A DNA stretch of 64,000 nucleotides from a virus (Duplodnaviria; Caudoviricetes): the IMG/VR virus record IMGVR_UViG_3300025018_000091. One strand, 5' to 3'. Below are positions 1-8,673 of the stretch, one piece after another. The notes beneath the pieces are model-generated. The model did no database searches, was not told the DNA's origin, and saw nothing but the letters and a program-made list of their open reading frames with translations. How positions within the stretch are numbered: the first letter of the stretch is position 1; every line of letters starts with the position of its first letter. A program made the translations under genes and the position numbers.

Positions 1-649
1 TTAATAGTTTCTTTATTCTATTGAGAACATCTTCTGGTTTAGCCATACTCTCCGATACTAAAGGTAATTGCAATGTATCATGTCGTTTTTTTCTATTGAT
101 ATGAGAATACTCAGTCTTATTCATTGTATAAACATTTCGTATTTCATAAACATCTTCACCTTCTTCTACAGATATAAATTCTGAATTAAGAATAGCACAT
201 TCAACTATCATCTCATATATGTCAAATCGTAATTGTAAGGTATAAGCATATTGCATACAATTTTTACAATCAACCCTATGTCCTTGCATAAGAATGCCGT
301 CTCTTATATCATAATCAACATTTATAGGAGACTTTACAATATGTGCTGGACTCAGAGATCCTATAGAATATATAGGTAGATAGTTAACTGACTGAGATAT
401 CGCTAACTCAATTAGTTGCTCACTATCAATGTCAAATACTATCTTATTATCTTTATCTGAGCCTGATTTAATAGTTATACGGCGGAGCACAACATCATTG
501 ATTGATTTAAATGATTTTAATGAATATGCAAAATCGTAGTTATTTAACTGAATATTATCAATTAATGATAAATTCATATTAGTGCCGCACATTGGGCAAT
601 TCTCATGATATGGATATGCATCCCTTAACTTCTCGAATATTTTTATCAC
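1..649 (-). CDS. Hypothetical Cys-motif protein, paralogue of 1872..2492; 3' end runs off the window
   Basis: Not in the ORF track. Manual translation gives an open frame from GTG at 649 to base 1: LRDAYPYHENCPMCG...DCKNCMQYAY...EDVLNRIKKLL, versus LRDFLSHRNVCPLCS...HCNSCKEYTY...ETLNRLNKLLLFS in the paralogue. Confidence 0.8.
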   Translation of the reverse strand, partial: MIKIFEKLRDAYPYHENCPMCGTNMNLSLIDNIQLNNYDFAYSLKSFKSINDVVLRRITIKSGSDKDNKIVFDIDSEQLIELAISQSVNYLPIYSIGSLSPAHIVKSPINVDYDIRDGILMQGHRVDCKNCMQYAYTLQLRFDIYEMIVECAILNSEFISVEEGEDVYEIRNVYTMNKTEYSHINRKKRHDTLQLPLVSESMAKPEDVLNRIKKLL

Positions 650-655
650 AGATTC

Positions 656-1306
656 TTACTCGTAGTATTCTTCAAATACATCTTTAGTCAATCCTGCATC
701 AATTAATACTGGCAATCCGTCTTTAGTTCCCCATGAAGAAATTCTAGCAATATCACCAGGCATTAGTTTGAATTTTTTGCCTACCGCAACTAAATCCTTA
801 TATATACTGGATTTTGAAACTTCATCGAAATTATCTGGTTCCTTCATATCTTTACTTCCAGATACTGATTTAAGTCCATAATTAATTGCTTCTCCAAAAT
901 CATCAAAATCTAAGTCTGTCATTTTTTCAAACTGCTTTACCGTAATCTTTTTTAGAAAAGATACTTCGATCCAGGCATGGTTAGAAGCTTTACGAAGAAC
1001 TTTGTTAAGATACTTTGACTTCATTTTGGAATTGGATTCCACTTTATTTTGCGCAATTCCTCGGTCGTTCTTTGCTAATTTAAGGATGGTTTTCTCGGGC
1101 GTCAAGTATACAATTCGGCTGGAGCCCGACGACAAATGTTTTAAATTTTTCTCGGCGTACTTCTTTCGCGCGTTATACGTCTCTAATTTTTGAATATTTT
1201 TCAACACCACATCTAAATCCTTAGAGTCTTCAGGCAGTTCTTCCTTCTCTGATGCTGCTAGCGACTCAAATATACTGGCAAATCTAAGGATTTTATTGAC
1301 GTTCAT
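656..1306 (-). CDS. Protein-kinase-like fold protein
   Basis: Gly-rich loop SSGSSRIVY, beta3 Lys (ILKLAK), helix-C Glu (QNKVE), catalytic-loop-like GDIARISSWG, DFG-like VLIDAG. Confidence 0.6.
   Translation of the reverse strand: MNVNKILRFASIFESLAASEKEELPEDSKDLDVVLKNIQKLETYNARKKYAEKNLKHLSSGSSRIVYLTPEKTILKLAKNDRGIAQNKVESNSKMKSKYLNKVLRKASNHAWIEVSFLKKITVKQFEKMTDLDFDDFGEAINYGLKSVSGSKDMKEPDNFDEVSKSSIYKDLVAVGKKFKLMPGDIARISSWGTKDGLPVLIDAGLTKDVFEEYYE
1077..1105 (-). promoter_or_regulatory. Sigma70-like promoter inside the kinase-like gene
   Basis: TTGACG-17 nt-TAAATT on the minus strand, pointing at the 649 ORF. Confidence 0.4.
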
Positions 1307-1353
1307 GTTATAAATACGTTCTTAGTAATATTCTCAAAGATATATAATACATT

Positions 1354-1875
1354 ATGATAACTAAAGAAGAATATCTTAAATTAATACAAAAGGCTTATCA
1401 TCAAGATGATGAATTAGATGATGGGGAAGAGCTTTTTTGGATTCCAGCTAAGCCAGAAATTAAAAAGAAACTACAAAACCTTATAAAACCAAATGGTGAT
1501 ATAAATGCTACTAAAATGAAGAAGGCAGAGTTTTCTAAACTTATCAACAAACACAACCGAATAACTATAGGAAACTTTATGGTACATATCAAATCTATAG
1601 TTAATCCAACAGGTATAGATAATGTTGTAGAAGATGCCGTAGAGATTACAGAAGAAACTAAATATAATATTGTTCTCTATGAAGTTAAAAAGACTACACC
1701 TTCTGGTATGCCGTGTAATATCCAAGTTAAGTTAAATATAGCTAAGGATAATAGATTTGATGATAGACAATGGGCTAAGGGATTTACTCAGCTTGGTGGA
1801 AGCGTATCAGATAAAACATTAATTGAATTACTTAAATGGATGCAAGCAATAACAAAATTACCAGCTTTTCTTTAA
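1354..1875 (+). CDS. Hypothetical protein ending ITKLPAFL
   Basis: 173-aa ORF, lone plus-strand gene; carries the shared C-terminal motif. Confidence 0.75.
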   Translation: MITKEEYLKLIQKAYHQDDELDDGEELFWIPAKPEIKKKLQNLIKPNGDINATKMKKAEFSKLINKHNRITIGNFMVHIKSIVNPTGIDNVVEDAVEITEETKYNIVLYEVKKTTPSGMPCNIQVKLNIAKDNRFDDRQWAKGFTQLGGSVSDKTLIELLKWMQAITKLPAFL

Positions 1876-2492
1876 GAAAAAAGCAATAATTTGTTTAGTC
1901 TGTTTAATGTTTCTTCTTTCGATACAAAATTTATTAATGCTGTTTCAATAACATATTCGTGATTTGAAAAGTTCCAAGTCTCTAAATCTATTCCTCTTTT
2001 GCCTACAGTTAGAATACTTTTTTCTCTATTATAGTTATTAACTAACCCAAATACTTTATCATCTTTATTCATTACAAAACATTCTACATTAATAAATAAA
2101 TCTCCAAAATTCTGTTTTTGCAAATCTACCAGAAACTTATTAGATTCATAAGTATATTCTTTACAAGAATTACAATGCTTGTATAACCTATAAGAACTGA
2201 GATTTTGATTAAATTCTTTAAACATATCTATTAATGATAGAGGTATAGTTTCAAACCTTTTACCATTTCTTGAATAGAACTCCATAAAAAATGAATTATC
2301 ATTAGGATTAATCGAATATCCCACTTCATATGAAGCACTATTACTTCTAAGAGAAGTCATTTGAAATGTAATAAGTAGTCTATCATCTATTATCCTGACT
2401 TTTTGTCGTTTCCTAGAGTGAAGAGCTAATGATAAGCTTGATGAACATAATGGGCAAACATTTCGATGTGATAAAAAATCTCGTAAATTCAT
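1872..2492 (-). CDS. Hypothetical CxxC...CxxC protein (possible Zn-binding)
   Basis: Start moved to MNLRDF at 2492 (GGAG RBS upstream); paralogue of 1..649. Confidence 0.75.
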   Translation of the reverse strand: MNLRDFLSHRNVCPLCSSSLSLALHSRKRQKVRIIDDRLLITFQMTSLRSNSASYEVGYSINPNDNSFFMEFYSRNGKRFETIPLSLIDMFKEFNQNLSSYRLYKHCNSCKEYTYESNKFLVDLQKQNFGDLFINVECFVMNKDDKVFGLVNNYNREKSILTVGKRGIDLETWNFSNHEYVIETALINFVSKEETLNRLNKLLLFS

Positions 2493-2642
2493 ACTTCTCC
2501 AATATCTCGTAACATACTTAATATAACCACTCTGGACATATAAGCAACCCTTCATAAATACAACATAATTGTCGCTGCCCGTATATACTTACTCCCCCTA
2601 TAAGATCCCCCATGTGTTTGTCGAGAGATTGCTCAGAAATTT

Positions 2643-2681
2643 AAAAGAAAAACGGCGACATATTTAATAAATATTGCCGTT
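2643..2681 (-). terminator. Probable intrinsic terminator
   Basis: Imperfect AACGGC...GCCGTT stem followed on the minus strand by TTTTCTTTT, downstream of the 2711 gene. Confidence 0.55.
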
Positions 2682-2710
2682 ACAATTATTGGTTATAGTT
2701 AGAAGTAATA

Positions 2711-3454
2711 TTATTTAGCAGTAGCTTGATTCTTATACTTCAATAAATTATCATAATAACTATTATATCTATCTAACAATGTTTTTATTTGATTGAATAC
2801 ACTTCCAGTATTTCCTGCTTCTTGCATAGAATTTATCATATTAGTTAATTCTTGTCTTTTAGCATTATATCTAGGAAATAGCGTATAAGCTTGCCAATTA
2901 TTTTGATCTTGTATTGCCTTATGAACAGCAGTTAATAGAGTTCTACCAGAAGTTAACAAATCGGTTGTATTAGTATTTCCACCAGCAAGTAATGTTTCAA
3001 TTCTATTTTTTATTGATTGAACATTGCCATAATTTTTCATCCACATATCATATGGTACCGATGATTCAATTGTTCTTTTATAAAAATCTATTGTTCTTTT
3101 TTCTTTTTGAACTCTATCAGGATTTGCTTCTAATGAAGTAACAAATTTTTCTGCACCAGCAATTAAATTCTTTGCATTCTGAATATTTTCTGGCGTAGAT
3201 GGAACCCTAGGTTTTTCTGGCGCTGTTGCTGCTGAAGGTGTTGTTGAAGGTGCTACTGGAGGTACTGCCAGAGGTGCTACTGGAGGTGCTGCCGGATAAC
3301 CTGAATCGCCTTCACCTGAGTCTTCTGGAGCGCCAGCAGGAACACCTGCATCTTCTTGTGCTAATACTCTTCTCATTTCTGCTTTTGTTTCGCAGAGAGC
3401 TAGTTTTTCAAAGATATTCGCAGTTTTAAGAAGTTTATCAACTTTTTTCATCAT
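2711..3454 (-). CDS. Hypothetical protein with Pro/Ala-rich linker and shared N-terminal motif
   Basis: AAGGGA RBS; N-terminus KKVDKLLKTANIFEKLAL resembles 3612..4349. Confidence 0.8.
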   Translation of the reverse strand: MMKKVDKLLKTANIFEKLALCETKAEMRRVLAQEDAGVPAGAPEDSGEGDSGYPAAPPVAPLAVPPVAPSTTPSAATAPEKPRVPSTPENIQNAKNLIAGAEKFVTSLEANPDRVQKEKRTIDFYKRTIESSVPYDMWMKNYGNVQSIKNRIETLLAGGNTNTTDLLTSGRTLLTAVHKAIQDQNNWQAYTLFPRYNAKRQELTNMINSMQEAGNTGSVFNQIKTLLDRYNSYYDNLLKYKNQATAK

Positions 3455-3482
3455 CAAATTCCCTTTACCATAGTTACTTATA

Positions 3483-3502
3483 TTTTATACTTCATTATGC
3501 CA
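3483..3502 (-). promoter_or_regulatory. 20-bp upstream motif TGGCATAATGAAGTATAAAA, copy 1 (putative phage promoter)
   Basis: Exact copy at 4378..4397; both copies lie about 30 nt upstream of related genes. Confidence 0.65.
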
Positions 3503-3508
3503 ATAAAC

Positions 3509-3538
3509 AATATGGCGATAACCAATTATCGCCATATT
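3509..3538. terminator. Perfect 13-bp hairpin (terminator or processing site)
   Basis: AATATGGCGATAA-CCAA-TTATCGCCATATT between the 3612 and 2711 genes; weak U-tract. Confidence 0.5.
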
Positions 3539-3611
3539 CTAAGTTAAGATGTTGCTAAAAACTATCGAACTTACAGACCTGATAGCGGGACTTACTTAAC
3601 GCCCTAGCTTA

Positions 3612-4349
3612 TTACCAAGTTTCTAAAACATTAAATTCTTTATCTTGTTCAGGCATTATTGTTTGAGTGCCGCCCATTCCTAATCTCTGACGAGCCTGCA
3701 TTAATATTGCTCTACCTTCTTGTATCAATTGTCTAATTTTTTGGTTACCAGGAGCACGAGCAGCAGCATCTGTCATTTGCTGTAATAAAGCTTCTACTTT
3801 CGGAATATATGCAAATGCTTGTTTCAAATTATCAGTTTCAGTTGCATTTTTTAATGCGTCAAATGTTTGTCTAATTGTTTCTTCACTACGTCTGGTAGTA
3901 GGTACACTTGGTTTAGTTACTGAAGCACCAGCAGGCATTTGTGCTGTTTCTGGAGAGGTTTCGGGTAAATTTGTTACTGAAGTTCTATATTGTTCAACTT
4001 CTTTTACTATATTACCAAGCTCATTTATTAATGTTCTAACCTTCAAGTATTTAGCTTTATCTAATTGTCCATTTTTATATCTATTATATGCGAACATAGG
4101 CAATATGCCTGCCATATATTTAGTATTAGCATAATCTGCACTTGGTAAAGCATGAGCATCTGCTGGTAATAGATCGCCTAATAATTGTTTAATTTCATCA
4201 AATTTTTGAGCAGCTCTACCAATAGTTGGTTTTATATCTCTTGGATCTAATTGTGCTACAGCATTAAGAAAATTTCTTTTTTTACCATATAATGATAATC
4301 TTTCAAATAATGCAGCTTTTTTAAGGATTATGTCAGCTTTTTTTACCAT
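3612..4349 (-). CDS. Hypothetical protein with shared N-terminal motif
   Basis: Start moved to MVKKADIILKKAALFERLSL at 4349 (AAGGT RBS); Pro/Thr-rich linker. Confidence 0.8.
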   Translation of the reverse strand: MVKKADIILKKAALFERLSLYGKKRNFLNAVAQLDPRDIKPTIGRAAQKFDEIKQLLGDLLPADAHALPSADYANTKYMAGILPMFAYNRYKNGQLDKAKYLKVRTLINELGNIVKEVEQYRTSVTNLPETSPETAQMPAGASVTKPSVPTTRRSEETIRQTFDALKNATETDNLKQAFAYIPKVEALLQQMTDAAARAPGNQKIRQLIQEGRAILMQARQRLGMGGTQTIMPEQDKEFNVLETW

Positions 4350-4377
4350 TGTGTACCTTATATCGATAGACACTACT

Positions 4378-4397
4378 TTTTATACTTCATTATGCCA
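4378..4397 (-). promoter_or_regulatory. 20-bp upstream motif, copy 2
   Basis: Identical to 3483..3502. Confidence 0.65.
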
Positions 4398-4408
4398 TAA
4401 TAATGTTA

Positions 4409-4933
4409 TTATTTTCGATTAATGAAATCTTCATTGTTATATTCATTATCTATATTTGGCTCATGAACACCACTAGTGTCTGCGCTTTGCAATGCAAATA
4501 TACCACCTAAAGGTCTAGGGAATGGATATACACTAGGTGCTGGCAAATTTACAACGTATTCAGATCTATTATATCTGAGTAATTGATGGATTTCAAGTCG
4601 TTGTAGTGGAAGCGATAAACCTGGTGGTCCAAAATTATTTTTTTCTATGGTGGCAAGCCCCTGCTTGACAAAAATAACAACGTCCGCAAGTTCTCTGTTA
4701 GTGTAGTCACGGAAGTCCGGTCTAATTACCAAAATTCTTTGTTTCCATAAATGAACTATAGTTGGATAATTTGGATCAACTATAACTCTAGCATCGAATT
4801 CTTCACCAGTCATGGTTTCATCGATATATAGTTGAGACTCCAATGTGGCTTTTCCAACACTATCTAAATCACCATAAGTGTGACCATAGCCATCAGTGTT
4901 GCCATTAACAAATATAATTGCGGGCGGGAACAT
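4409..4933 (-). CDS. Hypothetical protein
   Basis: ORF; probable start MFPPAII at 4933 (the track start at 4966 is a TTG). Confidence 0.7.
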   Translation of the reverse strand: MFPPAIIFVNGNTDGYGHTYGDLDSVGKATLESQLYIDETMTGEEFDARVIVDPNYPTIVHLWKQRILVIRPDFRDYTNRELADVVIFVKQGLATIEKNNFGPPGLSLPLQRLEIHQLLRYNRSEYVVNLPAPSVYPFPRPLGGIFALQSADTSGVHEPNIDNEYNNEDFINRK

Positions 4934-4955
4934 AAATATATGATATTTTATCCCC

Positions 4956-4983
4956 TTGACTCGCAATTCATCATAATTAACTT
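4956..4983 (+). promoter_or_regulatory. Sigma70-like promoter for the dUTPase operon
   Basis: TTGACT-16 nt-TAACTT, followed by a GAGG RBS and ATG 5004. Confidence 0.55.
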
Positions 4984-5003
4984 ATCGCAATGAGGAAAAT
5001 ATA

Positions 5004-5519
5004 ATGTTCGAACCAATTTTTAAATTTGCTATTCGAAAAGATTTGCAAGACAGTGAAATCTCCTTTCTTCCTACGCGTGCCACGCCACGTTCCGCTGGCT
5101 GGGATGTTCGTGCCGCACAACAAGATAGAAACCCAATAATTATAAGAGCTGGGATGATGGAAAAAATCCCATTGGGATTTAGAACTTTTTGTCCAGAAGG
5201 ATGGTGGTTTGAACTAAAACCAAGATCATCTACTTTTGCAAAGAAAAATCTCCATTGTTTATATGGAACGATTGATGAAGATTACGAAGGTCAATTAATA
5301 TTAGCAGTACAATATATTCCAAATTTACCTACAACTTCATATGCAAATTTTACGCCTGATTCTATACATATTGAATTTGGGGAAGCATTAGGACAAATCA
5401 TTCCTGTTAAAAGACAAGAGATGATTATTGAAAAAATACCAAATGAAGAATATGACTATTTATGTAAAAAACGCAATGCAGAAAGGGGAGCCGGAGGTTT
5501 CGGCTCTAGTGATAAATAA
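5004..5519 (+). CDS. dut: dUTPase (trimeric)
   Basis: Motifs SAGWDV, PRSS, GTIDEDYEG, C-terminal RGAGGFGSS. Confidence 0.95.
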   Translation: MFEPIFKFAIRKDLQDSEISFLPTRATPRSAGWDVRAAQQDRNPIIIRAGMMEKIPLGFRTFCPEGWWFELKPRSSTFAKKNLHCLYGTIDEDYEGQLILAVQYIPNLPTTSYANFTPDSIHIEFGEALGQIIPVKRQEMIIEKIPNEEYDYLCKKRNAERGAGGFGSSDK

Positions 5520-5520
5520 A

Positions 5521-6273
5521 ATGTCAAAAAAATCAATAGTAAAAGTAATTAAAGATATTGATTTATCAAAATTTCCTCCTACGGCAACTCCTGAACAAGA
5601 AGAAGCTATAAAGGAATTCTACGATAAACATAAAGAATTAAAAACTATTCCACAAGAGTTTGTTGGAACTGGAGATAGAAAATATAGAGTTAATGAACCG
5701 TGGATCCAGACATATACTGGAAGACGTTTTTCTCCAACAAATCCCGTTGTTGACGCAATTGTTATAGAAGACATAGCCCATCCCTTATCTATGCAATGTA
5801 GATTTAGTGGACATGTTAAAGAATTCTATTCAGTAGCGCAGCACTCAGTATTAGTTAGTTATATTTGCGATACTAAAGATGCTCTATGGGGATTACTTCA
5901 TGATGCATCAGAGGCTTATCTAGTAGATATTCCTAGACCAATAAAACAATCCGGTAAGTTTGATAATTATATGGAATTTGAGAAAGTTATGCAGGCAGCT
6001 GTATGTGAGAAATTTGGTCTTCCAAAAGATATGCCAAAGTCTGTAAAAATGGCAGATGATATGCTATTAATGACAGAAGCTAGAGATTTTATGTCTCCTT
6101 TACATACCGGGTGGACAAAGCCATGTGAGCCAATTCCATTTAAAATTGTGCCAATAACACATGAAAAAGCAAAAGTAGCCTTCTTAAGGAGATATTGTGA
6201 GCTTACAGGTGAAGCATTTACTTTATTTGATCCATCTTCAGGTGATTTAGAAGCAATAATATCTAAAAGTTAG
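5521..6273 (+). CDS. HD-domain 5'-deoxynucleotidase (YfbR-like)
   Basis: IEDIAHPLSMQCRFSGH, YSVAQHSVLV, LLHDASEAY, ADDMLL; start moved to ATG 5521. Confidence 0.88.
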   Translation: MSKKSIVKVIKDIDLSKFPPTATPEQEEAIKEFYDKHKELKTIPQEFVGTGDRKYRVNEPWIQTYTGRRFSPTNPVVDAIVIEDIAHPLSMQCRFSGHVKEFYSVAQHSVLVSYICDTKDALWGLLHDASEAYLVDIPRPIKQSGKFDNYMEFEKVMQAAVCEKFGLPKDMPKSVKMADDMLLMTEARDFMSPLHTGWTKPCEPIPFKIVPITHEKAKVAFLRRYCELTGEAFTLFDPSSGDLEAIISKS

Positions 6274-6286
6274 ATATAAATAAAGT

Positions 6287-6622
6287 ATGACTGATATTAA
6301 TGAAAATCAAAAGTGCAAGATCTGTAAAAAGATAGCTGGTAAAAATCCCAAACTTCAATGGGTAACAAAAGATTTATGTTTTGATTGCTATAATAAGCCA
6401 AAACCTAAGTTTTATTATGACGTAAAAGTTGATGTAATGTTACCAGCAATTCTTAATTACAGGGTTTTAGCAGAAGATGCTGAACAAGCGGCTAATATGA
6501 TTAAAAATATTCAGCCGAATGCTGTCAATTATAAGTTAATAGGCAAAAGAGAATTAAAATTGACTGTCTATGATGCTGGCTGTACTGTTATTAAGTTCAT
6601 GAAGAATTTAATGGGGAGATGA
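6287..6622 (+). CDS. Hypothetical protein with CxxC...CxxC
   Basis: 111-aa ORF in operon context. Confidence 0.7.
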   Translation: MTDINENQKCKICKKIAGKNPKLQWVTKDLCFDCYNKPKPKFYYDVKVDVMLPAILNYRVLAEDAEQAANMIKNIQPNAVNYKLIGKRELKLTVYDAGCTVIKFMKNLMGR

Positions 6623-6623
6623 T

Positions 6624-7118
6624 ATGTTTGACAGCTTTTTAAAAAGAGTGCCTATCGGTAATAGGAGAGGGGTAATTACTACCACGACTATACCAGCCAA
6701 TGTTCCTATATGTGAAATTAAGGGAAATACAATAACTTTTGATAAACTAAAAACATTAAAAGAAAATGAGAATGATGCGCTTCAAATTGGTCCAAATGTT
6801 TATTTGGCTCCATCAGGAAACATCACCGATCATATAAGACATAGCTGTAATCCTAATTGTATGCTACATGTTGCTGGAAGTAGATCTATTCTATATTCTA
6901 GATATGTGATTGCTGCTAATTCTGAGATTACATTTGATTATTCATCTACTTCTACTGAAGACCCTGATACTTGGGAGATGAAATGTACCTGTAAATCATT
7001 TAATTGTAGAAAAACAATTAGTGGTTTTCAACATTTAGATAGCAAAATTCAAGAAGAATATAAACAAAAAGGTATTGCTGCTTTGTTTATTAGAGCACCA
7101 ATATTTCTAAAAAAGTAA
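6624..7118 (+). CDS. SET-domain protein (putative lysine methyltransferase) with post-SET cysteines
   Basis: RRGVIT, IRHSCNPN, EITFDY, CTCKSFNCR. Confidence 0.9.
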   Translation: MFDSFLKRVPIGNRRGVITTTTIPANVPICEIKGNTITFDKLKTLKENENDALQIGPNVYLAPSGNITDHIRHSCNPNCMLHVAGSRSILYSRYVIAANSEITFDYSSTSTEDPDTWEMKCTCKSFNCRKTISGFQHLDSKIQEEYKQKGIAALFIRAPIFLKK

Positions 7119-7131
7119 GAAAGATAAAACT

Positions 7132-7773
7132 ATGGGTTTACATTTTTATGTAGTAGATACTGAAACTACAGGTTTAAAAGCAAATCATCATGAAGTTACT
7201 GAAATAGGTATAATTCGTTATAATGATAGAGTACAGTTACATAGGTGCGTGAAATGCGAATATCCTGAAAGAGCAAGTTTTGATGCTCTAAAGATAACCA
7301 AGAAGACAATGGCAGATCTTGAAAAAGGTCATAATAAAGCTGCTGTAATTGCTGAATGTAATAAGTTTTTTGCAGAAGACGGAGCCACGCCATCTGCAAG
7401 AGTAATTATTGGACACAATATAATATCATTTGATAAAAGATTTTTACATGCAATGTGGGAAAGCGAAGGTCAAGAATTTCCAGCTCATTTATGGTTAGAT
7501 ACTATCGCATTAACAAAAGAATTCCTAAAAAAAGAAGGAATAAAAACCAGAATTGTTAATTTACATGCTTCATGTGATTATGTAGGAATTAAGAAATTGT
7601 CAGAAGCCCACAATGCTAAAGTGGATAGTAGAAATAATTATCTACTATATAGAGGATTGATTGAAGATAAAAAGATAGATTATCTACCATTTATTAAATC
7701 TTTCCCTCATATATTATCACCAGTAATGGCATCAGATGACGATGGGTTAGATCCTGATTTATTAGATATATGA
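7132..7773 (+). CDS. DEDDh 3'-5' exonuclease (DnaQ/epsilon-like)
   Basis: VVDTETTGL, GHNIISFD, AHNAKVD. Confidence 0.9.
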   Translation: MGLHFYVVDTETTGLKANHHEVTEIGIIRYNDRVQLHRCVKCEYPERASFDALKITKKTMADLEKGHNKAAVIAECNKFFAEDGATPSARVIIGHNIISFDKRFLHAMWESEGQEFPAHLWLDTIALTKEFLKKEGIKTRIVNLHASCDYVGIKKLSEAHNAKVDSRNNYLLYRGLIEDKKIDYLPFIKSFPHILSPVMASDDDGLDPDLLDI

Positions 7774-8423
7774 AGAGTCCCAGTTTAGAATCTCTGTATT
7801 CAACATTACATAAACATATGCTTATGGTAGAATCCTATACAGAGATTCCTAACATTACATTTATATTTAAAGCTTGTAGACTAAAGCCATATACTTATTT
7901 CTTTGAGAAAAAGAACAATAAGATTGTATTATATACGTGGTGGTTTGATGAGTTTGGAAACTCATTCAAACTACTTAAAAATAGAAAGTTACAAATAATT
8001 TATGGTGACTTATCTATAGACAGGAATAAATTAGTATGTACTGATTTATATTACGGTCTAGATCTTAAAAAAATAGCTAAGATTAGCAAGTTTGCTTACA
8101 TAAGTTATGGAATAGATGAGGATATGTACCAAGATTGTATATTAATATCAATGTTGGGAATAGATAACTATTTTAGAACATATTTATATCTATATGGATA
8201 TTGGCAGCAAGTGTCTACACTTCTTTTAGGGACAAAAAATTTGAAAATAATTTCTAAAAATTTGGACTTAAATTATCATAAAGCGCTGTCAAATACAGAA
8301 AATTTGCGACTGCCTTGCAGCGAGGCGCAAACGTGGTTAACTTCTTTACCGATTAAAGAGGATTTTTTTCAAACCTTGGAGAAACAATGTGGTATTGTTT
8401 CATCTATAATCAAACAATACTGA
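7770..8423 (+). CDS. Hypothetical protein
   Basis: 217-aa ORF, ATGA-coupled to the upstream gene. Confidence 0.7.
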   Translation: MKSPSLESLYSTLHKHMLMVESYTEIPNITFIFKACRLKPYTYFFEKKNNKIVLYTWWFDEFGNSFKLLKNRKLQIIYGDLSIDRNKLVCTDLYYGLDLKKIAKISKFAYISYGIDEDMYQDCILISMLGIDNYFRTYLYLYGYWQQVSTLLLGTKNLKIISKNLDLNYHKALSNTENLRLPCSEAQTWLTSLPIKEDFFQTLEKQCGIVSSIIKQY

Positions 8424-8442
8424 GAGGAATAGAGTATAACAT

Positions 8443-8673
8443 ATGGCAAATCGTGATAGGGTAGAATTTGAAGGAGACGTAATTGATTCAAACAAAGGTA
8501 AATTCAAAGTAAAAGTTAGCGAAACATACGTTGTTATGTGTACGTTAAGCGGAAAGATTAGACAAAATTCTGTAAAAATCCTTCTCGGTGATCGAGTGAA
8601 AATCGAGGTATCAGAATATGATACCTCAATGGGAAGAATTACTTATAGAATGAAACAAGCTCAACAATATTAA
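8443..8673 (+). CDS. infA: Translation initiation factor IF-1
   Basis: EFEGDV, LSGKIRQNSVKILLGDRVKIEVSEYD..GRITYR; GAGGA RBS. Confidence 0.92.
   Translation: MANRDRVEFEGDVIDSNKGKFKVKVSETYVVMCTLSGKIRQNSVKILLGDRVKIEVSEYDTSMGRITYRMKQAQQY

Noticed and set aside
2556-2710. tRNA or ncRNA in the moderately GC-rich intergenic gap
   Set aside because: No cloverleaf or T-loop consensus; explained by a terminator plus a possible 31-codon ORF too weak to call.
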